From positions 1,922,001-1,986,000 of the forward strand of contig OX337230.1 of the NCBI GenBank assembly GCA_946965045.2: DNA of 64,000 nt. Reading direction: 5' to 3'. The stretch's first letter is position 1, and every line of letters starts with the position of its first letter. The notes below the pieces were generated by a model, which was not told the origin of the DNA, did not search any database, and worked only from the letters and a program-made list of their open reading frames with translations. Shown piece after piece: positions 10,705-20,232 of the stretch. The translations under genes and the position numbers were made by a program. Origin of the DNA: Epithemia pelagica (Eukaryota > Protista > Bacillariophyta).

Positions 10705-12550
10705 TTAATTATGTCTTTCATCGAGCTGAACCGCGGGTGGCGGACGTTTAGTTGTCCGGAAATGTACATGAAACTCTTTACATTCAGCAGACATTCCAGG
10801 ACATTTGTCGGCTATAAGTGGTTTTGCAAGGAAAAGGCCTTTGAGCTGGCAAACTCTCGACAAACAAACATAGTTCCAATTGCCCGTGTAGTCCCAGTTC
10901 GATATGTAAAGAAATTCGATTGATCTCCCTTGTAGCTTATGAACAGTCCTTGCATTGGACACATTGAGAGGAAGCTGCGTCATTTTCATCGTTTTCCTCA
11001 CTCGTTTCATGCCAAACATGGGGAGTGGGAACTGCACTTGTTGAGTAACAGTCTGAGGCTTCAAAAGAACAACATGGTTCTGGTTTCCATCAACCATTTT
11101 CACCTTGATTCCCTCGATTTGAGTGACCTTAAGACTCCAAACATAATATCCATCAATCAATATTTTCTCCAAATCAGTTAATGTCACCCCTTGCTTAAGG
11201 AGAACGCCATTGAATTCACACGTGGCTCCATTAGCAATACATGACTCCTCTTTGTTTTCATTGATACACAACGGTCTTCCATAATACAGTTTCAAAAGTG
11301 GATCATATCTCTTGTTGTCTCGTCCTTGCAAGTGACCCTCACCACAGGTGGCATATAGGATATCTTCACTTGCCTTGTTGAAATCAACATAGTCATTTCT
11401 TGTTCCCGCTTTTTTCCACTTCAAGTTGGACGCTTTGATACAGATTGTGTGCATGGGAGGGTCAACATTAGGATCTTTTGAATGGGTATTTTCCAGATGT
11501 TTAGCAAAAATGGCATCATTGATTGCTGCTCGATCAAGATTAGTTTTCGTTGCATAAACCACATTTGGAGGAATGTCTTTCTCTGTTGGTCCATGTTTAG
11601 ATCCAACAACACGAGTATTGATTGTCGCCACATCACCATTGCTTGGTCCCTCATCTCGAAATGTCTCAAGAATTGTCCCCCATGGTGGATCAAGGCGAAA
11701 CCTGTGATTTGTCTTAAGTTCAAGGAATGTGTGTACCCAGTCATACCATTTCACGAAGTCCTTAAAAAGGACTAATGGTTGGGCTTTGACTGGTTTCAGT
11801 TGTGTGAAATCACCTGCAAAGACAAGAGCAATTCCACCAAAGGCTGCATCCGGCTGCAATATTTGTCGCAGTTTGTGATCAAGAGTATCAACGACTTCTT
11901 TTGAGGCAAATGAAATTTCATCAACGATCAACAGATAAGCATTTTTCCATTGCTCTGGTTCCTCGGTAATTGCTCTGTTTAGTGCACAAGCCATAGCAGT
12001 TGTTTCTCCGTTTATCCCAACTGCTGCAGCACCTGTAAGAGCAGTAACGACAATAGTTCTCTTGTCATACCTGATGTGGAGGTTGTAGCACAAATTTTTG
12101 GCGTATCGTACAATTGTTTTGATAACGTGGCTTTTCCCAGACCCCCCTGCTCCTGATAGAAATGCAATGAATTGGTTTCCCCTGTTGACTTTTTGCAATG
12201 TCTTTTGAATGTTGTCAAGTTTCCGTCGTTTCCGTGTAGGCATTGCTTCAGGATTTGTATTTGAATTTCGGTTTGCCTCATCATGCAAACGCAATATAAA
12301 AGCAGAAATGATTGCTTCGAATGCATAGCGCTGATCCATATCGTCTCTGAAATGGTGGGCTGCATATTCGCGTATATTTGTCAATGACCCAATCGCTTTG
12401 ATATCTTGCTGTCCATCACCAGCTGTAATTCTCTCTGTCCATGAAATTGCCAATTCATGAAGAGCTGCTTTGGTTACATGATGAGAAAAGGACGTTTCAG
12501 GGGTGGACTCAAGACCCACATGTGAAGCTGAGGTGTTTCCAGGAGCTGTA
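10705..12550 (-). pseudogene. PIF1-family SF1B helicase domain of the Helitron RepHel
   Basis: FLSGAGGSGKS (motif I), TALTGAAA, LLIVDEISF, FGGIALVFAGDFTQLKPV, LKTNHRF, TVHKLQGRSI, YVCLSRV. Separated from Rep by a frameshift near 12550. Confidence 0.9.
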
Positions 12551-14460
12551 GAACATTTCCTGTAAAGCCGTTGTCTTCATCTATAACAGGTGTAACAATG
12601 TTTTGAATGCCACAGTTTGACGTTCCACATTTGCCAATGATACATGATGGAATCTGATAAATGTTGGTTGGCGACCTCAAGTCAAGTCCTGTCTCATTCA
12701 TGTCATTGACCGTCTCAATAAGCTCCTCAAAGGCACTGTCAAAATCTTTGTGAAGAGCACTATCCTCATCATTTTCATTATCATATTCATCATGGACACA
12801 ACAGTTGTCAGTTGGCTTTTGTGTTTCTTTTTCCAGAGGATCCACTGGTCTTCCAGAATTTAGACTGTTCCGACAATCTTGAATATTAGCAAGAATTTGC
12901 CGATGCTCAGCTGTGATCATTCCACTCCGAAGTGCTGCTTGGAAACATTTAACAAATGAACCATCCTTTGTCAAATCTCCTGGAAAGGATCTGAATGAAT
13001 GGAACAAGATGTTTGCTTTTTTTGCATAAAGTTCCATGTAATGATGTTCCTCGTGCAAGATATCATCCGGCATTTCTTCTGTTTCAATGTTTCGATTCCC
13101 AAAATATTTGGTGTCAACACAATCTTTGTAAGTCACAAGTGGTATCTTTATATGTTTTGCGGCTGTTACACCAAGATGGTCTTTTGAAGGGTGTTCCTTG
13201 ATCCATTCCAAGCTTTTTGATGTTTTCCTGGTCACTGTGAAGTTGGACAGAAAATCATACAAACAAACATCTTCAAGTTCTTCTGGTCGTAACAAGTAAT
13301 TTGCAACATCTGACGTCAGAAAGGTGTTTCCATCAATCGAATCAAGGGACAAATCTTGCAAGGTTGCTTTTTCAAAATTTTTGAGATTCACATACGCAAA
13401 ATCATGTGAATAACGAAACCTTGAGCCAATTTTTCGCACCAAGTAAGAAGCCATCGGTGCACTGCATATATGTGCAGAAGTGGACAGCAACATTGCCCCA
13501 ATTAATGCCCTCATTCCAGAAGTTTCACGGTCTTGCTCAACTGTCTCAATTTCTGTCGAATTGGTAGTCTGCTCAAGTTCAAGCAATCTTTCCCGCATTT
13601 TTCGTATCATTTGTTTAGCTGCATTTGTAAACAGTGAACTGTCTTCTTCTTGAGTATTCTTAGAAATGTAACATGTCATATACATGACACTTCCTCCGTC
13701 AACAGCTGTCACAACATTAGTATTGCAACCAAAAATCTGGCTTGCATGACAATTGTGAATATTGACAAATGCATCATGGTGTTTTCAATTTGCTTCCAGT
13801 GCAAACAAGTGTCTGGATTGATCATTGCCTTTCCAATCAAACCACTTTGTTGAATCTTCTGAAAACTTCAACTCTGTTTTTTCACACTCTGCACACGGAA
13901 TATGCATACGACACTCGTCTCCTTTCTTGAAACAAGAAATAGCATGTTTTGAGCAATGCAAATTGCGTAATACTGTCAGAACAAAAGTGCCATCAGTTGT
14001 CATTCTCTTGGGATGTAAGATCTGCTGACGCATCAGGAACAATTCCATTGAATTTGTGAGTGGAACATTGAAGGATGAAGCTTGTGCCATTGGGTCATTC
14101 TGTGGTTGTTGTTCTTGAAAAGCCATGGCTGGGAGAATGTTTTTCAATCTGGAAAGAACAAGAGCTTCACTTGTCATTGCTGTGTTGCAGTTTGCGCATC
14201 TGACAATTGATTTCCCACCAAGGGATGTTACACCAATCTTTGTTCGCAAATTCTGAATGTCTTGTTTGGAACATGGGTGGAAGGCACGTGAGACACAAGC
14301 ATCATTTACACAAGGCGGAATAGTCTCGCCATGCATATGTGTGCTCATGACCTTTGATGCATAGTCAACTAAGATCTTCGAAAAGTGTTCTCACCCAGAA
14401 ACGACGATCATGTGATATCTTGCCCAGTAGACACCCTTTGATGCCAAATATAAAGTGGCA
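12474..14460 (-). pseudogene. Helitron Rep (HUH) domain remnant with an in-frame stop
   Basis: ORFs 13785-14348 and 12474-13712 are the same frame, interrupted by one TGA at 13785-13787: ...LEAN*KHHDAFVNIHNCHASQIFGCNTNVVTAVDGGSVMYMTCYISKNTQEED. Confidence 0.75.
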
Positions 14461-14588
14461 GAAACTGAAGATGATGCCGGCCCAACCATGGACTCTAGAC
14501 TCGGCAGATGAGGAGAACCCGAAGAGTACTATTAGCGAAGATGAAGAGGAGATCGATCTAGCTGTAGACGATATGGATGGTGCATCAG

Positions 14589-14935
14589 CAGTGGTACACC
14601 AAGCACATTGGCGGCTCCATTGATGCACCCACAGAAGGTGGCCAAGAGAAGCAACTATAGACCAACCAACACTGCACTCCTCCATTATTCACTGATACCA
14701 TGCAGGACACGCTCAACACGAGTACCTGTGTACCCAGTGGTACAACAAGCACATCGGCGGCTCCTTCGATGGACCCACAAAAGGTGACCAACAAAAACAA
14801 CTGTAGACCTGACCAACCAACACCATTCACTGATACCATGCAGGACACTCTTACCTGTCCCGACACCCAGTTCCCAGTAGTACAGCACCAAGCACATCGG
14901 TGGCTCCTTTGATGGACCCACAAAATGGTGGCCTT
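14589..14935 (+). repeat. Imperfect tandem repeat, about 2.4 copies of a 140-146 bp unit
   Basis: Unit starts CAGT(G/A)GTACA..CAAGCACAT(T/C)GG(C/T)GGCTCC at 14589, 14735 and 14875. ATTCACTGATACCATGCAGGACAC occurs in copies 1 and 2. Confidence 0.85.
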
Positions 14936-15289
14936 GATGGTTCTTCAGCGGAATCAAACTTGAGTGGAAACTTAGTTGCGATACCCCACCCAAGATCTCT
15001 CCACCTCTTCCATGGAAGAACTTGCCTTGACATTTGACATGGATTGTCAATAAAGACTCACGTCCACATGACCTCGTCGCAACAATGTATTGAACAATGC
15101 TATGCCCTGTAACACTCTGGTTTCTCCCAAGACCCAAAACAATGAAGAGGACGTAAACCTAGCTGTAAATGAGAGGAGGTGGATCATGTTGTAAGAAGGA
15201 GACGATATACTTGGATTTTAGGTAGATGTTTAGTTGTGAAAAGTGGCTTGTACGTAGATTCCCTGATCCCTGAGTGACAAAAGGAGCAG

Positions 15290-15455
15290 GCTAGGTGGGG
15301 ACAAATGGCGATGAAAAGGATAGAAAGAAAAGTGGGGACGAAGTGCATGTGAAGGAAAGAGCAGGAAAAGTGAAGACAAAATAGGATGAAGCAGATAGCG
15401 AGAAAAGTGGGGACGAATTGCATGTGAAGGAAAAAGAGCAGGAAAAGTGGGGACA
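15290..15455 (+). repeat. Purine-rich imperfect tandem repeat (AAAGTGGGGAC / TGCATGTGAAGGAAA.AGAGCAGGAAAAGTG)
   Basis: GTGGGGAC occurs 4 times, and a block of about 40 bp is duplicated at roughly 15328 and 15403. Confidence 0.75.
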
Positions 15456-15529
15456 AATCGGCACGGCTAAAATGAAAAACTAGCCGGCCTAGCACGTAGT
15501 ACGACTCGTGACTACCATAGCGGGATTCG

Positions 15530-15740
15530 TGCAAGTAATACTCGAGTATAGTGGAATACTTGCGAGTATATACTCGATACTCGTACTCTCTATACATTCG
15601 ATGGACGAGTAATCATTGATACTCGTACTCGTACAGTCAGGAGTGGCTGGGTACTCGTACTCGAACATGTATGAGTACAGAAGTAGGTACTCGATACTCG
15701 TACTCTCACATTAGGGCTGTACTCGATACTAGTACTCTAG
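15530..15740. repeat. TACTCG/CGAGTA-rich simple-repeat cluster
   Basis: About a dozen TACTCG-like hexamers. Includes the palindrome ATACTCGAGTAT and TAGGGCTGTACTCGATACT at about 15712. Confidence 0.8.
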
Positions 15741-16556
15741 GCGAAATAAGGTCGATTACAGATCCCAGGTCCGAAGAAACGACCCCTGAGAATTGAGCGA
15801 CTGTGATATGTGTACTGAAATACAATATGAGTGCCAATCGAGAGATATAAGGGCTTCTGCTTTTATCGTATACCAATATGCTATTATCAATACCACATGC
15901 ATCCTGGTCAGCAGAACGAACGAAGAAAAACAAAATTCATAATATATGCTTTCCTAGTCAATTTATAATTCTTTGTTGCTGTATGATGATAATATGAATT
16001 TAACTCTGCCGTTGTAGCGATTCATGCCCGTTATCGAACACAGCAATTCTCTCTAACGTCTTGCTACCTGTTCCTACGAGCTTTCAAACAAAAAGTCTTG
16101 TTTCAGTCATTCCAGAACGGTTGGGCGTCTTACATTACTAGTAGAGATTCGTCAAGGGTAAGTCCCCACTCACATTTTACGCGGTTGGAGGTGCACCTCC
16201 AAATCATACCATGACTGACCATTAAAATATTCATTGCTATATCATTGCCATATATATTTAACCGTTTTATCAACCGCCATGTTTGCTCAATTGTACTTTT
16301 TACTCTAGTGTCCGTCCGTTTTCGGAACAGCTGGTCTTTCTGGAAATTCCCACCCCAGACCCCAAGCCTTCCGGCCCACCCGTCCCGTTCATACTGAACT
16401 CAGACGAACATTTTTATCTTGGGGGATTTTATGTGAATGGGGACACTGCCCACGCCCACGCCAGAAACATCCCCACGTCACCAAAGATACCCACGGAAAA
16501 AAGATACGAATCCCAGAGATGAGGCAATCAGCAATATCATCTATCATCTACCATCT

Positions 16557-17623
16557 ATGATGAACTGTCTGTTTTCTCTCCCAGCTTTATCTATTCTGGT
16601 CGTTGTGCTCGCTGGAGCCGTTGTCGCCCAAGAAAAACAATGGGCTTGGAATCCAACGGACACCCACCCATGCAACATCCAAAGACTACAGCTGGATGGG
16701 AACGACAAGGTCACAGGTCTCTTGGCTACCAATGGGCTTGTGCCTCCGTTGCATCCGGAACCTCTCATTTTGGTGGCGTCCAAGACATCCAAGAGAAATT
16801 CAGACTTCAGACACCGAACGTCGTTTGATCACATTCTCGGTCAATTTCCAACCAATTTCACCATCACATTGTCCAGCTCCAACGCTTTGTCAGAACACCG
16901 CCGCGAAACAACCTTGAAACAATATATTCATGAAACAGTTGCATCTGGTGTGACATCTCCAGATCACAATTCGAGTGAAAATTGGTACTTATTTGGACAC
17001 ACTTACAGCGAGGAATGGCGAGAATTGACCAAACACTACCAACTGCCACCATGTCGAACCTGCCGCGATGATTTGTGTGCTTTATCGTTTGGCATTGGGA
17101 ATCGTGGATCGGGTGTGCAATGGCACGTTCATGGGCCAGGGTTTTCCGAAGCCTTGCACGGGAAAAAGCATTGGGTGCTCTACCCTCCCAATCACAAGCC
17201 CTTCAACTATCACAAGGACCAGTCGAGCAGACAGTGGATGGAACATGTCTACCCCACCGTCGAGCCGAGACCGTATGAGTGCACATGTACGTAACGTAAC
17301 GTCCCGTCATGGTGTGTTGCATGCTGCGCGAGAATTCTAACGATATCTTGCTTCGCGCGTCGTCGTTTGTGGTGCATAGTGGATCCAGGCGACTTAATTT
17401 ACTTCCCAGTAAGCATTTGTTCAAGGCATTTTTGGATCCAGAGACATTTGGAATCTTCCCCTCTGTACCTTGGCTGACGTTTTGACTTTGTGTTCGTCTT
17501 TGGTTTGATCTTCAACCCGTGCAGGATGGTTGGTGGCATGCGACGATCAATCTAGATCCATACACTGCGTTCATCTCCACTTTTACAACCGAACACGATT
17601 TGGAAAGATATGACGAACTTTAG
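16557..17623 (+). CDS. JmjC/cupin protein, JMJD8-like, secretory pathway, 3 exons
   Basis: Signal peptide MMNCLFSLPALSILVVVLAGAVVAQE; SFGIG..GSGVQWHVHGPGFSE..HGKKHWVLYPP. Introns 17287-17379 and 17409-17524 give ECTLDPGDLIYFPDGWWHATINLD...RYDEL*. Confidence 0.85.
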
Positions 17624-18680
17624 ACCCATGTTCATCTCGTGGTGTAGTATTGCCTTTTCTATTCCTATCTGCCTCGTTTACCCCGCTCCGTGTTTGTCCA
17701 CAGAAACCTGTTTCTGGTGTCACACGGAAACTTTCTCATTCAATTTCAATCCACAATGCCAGTAGTAAGCAAATGGATAAGAAGGATGAAGGGCGAACAC
17801 AAGAAGGGACGGATAGTTTTTGAAAAGGGGCATCGTGCCTACACGTCAAATGTTTCGCCAATACTTTCCTTTAGTTGTTCGTTGTTCTCGTAGAGTCGTA
17901 GAGATCGGAGTGCCTCGATCCTTGTTGGATGAGCGTATGAGTTGGGAGTTCTCCTCAGAGGGAGCAGTACAGTTAGGTACTCCCATAAACAAAGACGAGA
18001 TCTTTGTGTCCCAGTCTTTGGACTCCATGTGGATAATTGTCGACAGGCGCGAGAAACGTTCGAGCGCACGTTCTCCCGCCACATGTTTATTTTTCGCATT
18101 CGCAGGCATGCGAAATTTTTCTCTTACTCTTGTTTTTTGAATTCAAGACAGAACCACGCGCGCGTGCTTCATTCAATACGGCTATATCAACGGTTCCCGT
18201 TATGGACGTACTGGCTCGTCAGGGCAACGCGCACGCGCTAGATGCGTTTGCTATTTGCTTAGCCAAGTTGCTCTATTTTCAGGAATACTCTTTCGAAATT
18301 CCCGATGAGTCTTTATTTCACAGTCTACCCAACAAAGAGGAGATACGGATACGCCCATGGGTCACCTCCGAATTCCGCGCCCTTTCTTCCAATAGAACCT
18401 ATCCAAGACACAACGGCTCTTGCGTTCCAGTGTGCTTGTTACCCCCCTTGCCTTTGCCTCATTCATGTCTCTGGTGAATCAGCATGAGATGGCACAATAA
18501 TGCAGGAATCACACAAGCCAGTAAACATGGTAAGTCTTTATTTGTTGTCACGCTGTCTGTTGCAATTGTTTCGGAGTCTTCTGACTGCTCCTTTTCATTT
18601 CCCCCATTTTTTGCCGGTAGCGAATCCACGCCACGGATGAGCTGCATGCTACGGAAAACAAACGAAAAGAAGAGGAGGAA

Positions 18681-20189
18681 ATGGAGCGAGAACACATTGT
18701 GGATCCAGATGGATGCCATTGTGACGAAGCGATGGAACAACCCATGGAACGCAGTCCAGCGCCCGACGCACCGGAGCAGGACGAACAACAACGACGAGCG
18801 GCCGCCCCCGACGCACCGGAAATGAGGGTCACCACCGCCAAACTGGAGCATGCTTCCTCCTTTGATGGAGATCGCTGGGTACAGGTTCCAGATGACAGCT
18901 CGGTCATTAGTGAACTGGAAACACCAGAATTTCAGAGAAATATCTATTCTCGTCAAAAAGCATCGGGAAGGACCAAAAAGAAAACGGGGAAAGTGGGAAG
19001 TCGAACCAACAATACAAAGCGATCGACTGGGACAGGGTTGAGGGATGGAGAAACGGGGGAGAGCAAACATCACACTCCACGAAAGGGTACAGCGGCGTCT
19101 AAATCGTCTCCGCATTCCAACGGCAAAGTAAATAGTGCCAAAAGCAAGACATCCAAACCCACAGATGTCGTTGCGGCACAAAACTTGGCCAAGGCGCGTG
19201 TGCGAGCGCAAAGAATACGAGAGAAAAAAGAAAACGATCGTCTTGCAGCGCAACAACAAGAACGGAGCGAATCGCAAAAACGACAGACCAGGTTTACAGC
19301 AGAAGAGGGACACGCCCGTGCGCGAGCTAGGGTCAAACTGCGAAAATTAAAGCAAAAAGCGCTTGCCATGGAAGAGGGAATGAACAATGGCTCGCGTCCT
19401 CCATCTGCTTCGCCCAATCGTACATTGCGAGACACTGCCAGTCGAAATGATAAAGATGACCTTGTATCCATCATGTCAACTCTTTCTATGGATGCAGAGG
19501 CAGTTCGTTCGTATTTGCTTGTGGATGACACTCAAACAATCGCCTCCAATGCAAGCTCGAGACGCCCTCTTACTGTCCCCAATGGTCCCAAGTTTGCCCT
19601 TGAAGCCAAATACGGGGACAAGACTGCCACAAAACGCCAAGCACTCTTGTCCACAGATGACGATGTGAGTGACTTTAACACGGTGTCGTCCGTGTCCACA
19701 TGGGGCACGGAGCGATCGGTGACCATTCCCAAGGGACCGAAATTTTTGTTGGAGGCCAAATACGGGGAGAAAGGCAAACGCACCTCAAAGCGCAATTCCA
19801 GTATTGGCCACGCTTCGACAGGAATGTTACGGGAAGACGGAATCAAACGGCGAACGGCCACCACACCCACTGGTATGCAAGTGGGAAGAGGCATGTTGTC
19901 CAACCCTCCGAAATTGCACTCCAGTAATCGCCGACATCAGCCAAAGAGTACGTTGGAATTGCAGGAACAAGAAATGAAAAAGCAATTCCGTGCCAGGCCC
20001 ATGCCGAAATTCTCCAAAACACGAAGCGTTGCTCCGACCCGTCGAGAAAGTACAGGAACCACTGCGTCATCCTCCCCGCACCCCAAGGTTTCTCCGCGAA
20101 AACCAGGGGGAACTAAAACGGCGGCGAAAAAGCAACATACTCAACGACAAAAGGAGCAAGGCACCAAAATAGAGACACCAACGAGTTAG
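18681..20189 (+). CDS. Basic disordered protein with TPX2-like motifs
   Basis: Two copies of T(V/I)P.GPKF.LEAKYG(D/E)K, and C-terminal ELQEQEMKKQFRARPMPKF resembling the TPX2 FKARP motif. Confidence 0.6.
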   Translation: MEREHIVDPDGCHCDEAMEQPMERSPAPDAPEQDEQQRRAAAPDAPEMRVTTAKLEHASSFDGDRWVQVPDDSSVISELETPEFQRNIYSRQKASGRTKKKTGKVGSRTNNTKRSTGTGLRDGETGESKHHTPRKGTAASKSSPHSNGKVNSAKSKTSKPTDVVAAQNLAKARVRAQRIREKKENDRLAAQQQERSESQKRQTRFTAEEGHARARARVKLRKLKQKALAMEEGMNNGSRPPSASPNRTLRDTASRNDKDDLVSIMSTLSMDAEAVRSYLLVDDTQTIASNASSRRPLTVPNGPKFALEAKYGDKTATKRQALLSTDDDVSDFNTVSSVSTWGTERSVTIPKGPKFLLEAKYGEKGKRTSKRNSSIGHASTGMLREDGIKRRTATTPTGMQVGRGMLSNPPKLHSSNRRHQPKSTLELQEQEMKKQFRARPMPKFSKTRSVAPTRRESTGTTASSSPHPKVSPRKPGGTKTAAKKQHTQRQKEQGTKIETPTS

Positions 20190-20232
20190 TGAAAATGGTG
20201 CGAGTTGTAGTTTAAACTGTTTTATCTAATGA

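Larger units (their letters stand above)
10348..14460 (-). mobile_element. Decayed, probably 5'-truncated Helitron-like element (RepHel)
   Basis: Rep C-terminal motifs (H..SCFKK..CR, VN.HN...IFGCNTNV, YMTCYISK, SAPMASYLV) followed by a PIF1 helicase. Candidate 3' end on the minus strand: palindrome CGGTCGACCG, 4 nt, CTAG|T at 10351-10348. Confidence 0.82.

Noticed and set aside
14589-14935. CRISPR-like array
   Set aside because: The units are about 145 bp, diverge along their whole length and have no unique spacers. The context is eukaryotic and no cas genes are present.
10341-15525. 7-bp inverted pair CCCGCTA / TAGCGGG as Helentron-type terminal repeats
   Set aside because: Too short to distinguish from chance, and there is no supporting TSD or hairpin geometry.
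15184-15597. 137-aa hydrophobic ORF on the minus strand
   Set aside because: It is a translation of purine-rich and TACTCG repeats, with no coding signature.
17690-18480. Cluster of short ORFs between JMJD8-like and TPX2-like genes
   Set aside because: No recognisable motif or consistent splice model. An 87-aa minus-strand ORF (17846-18109) might be real but cannot be supported.
18459-19313. 284-aa antisense ORF
   Set aside because: It mirrors the low-complexity TPX2-like CDS, and its F/L/S/C-rich composition is typical of shadow ORFs.
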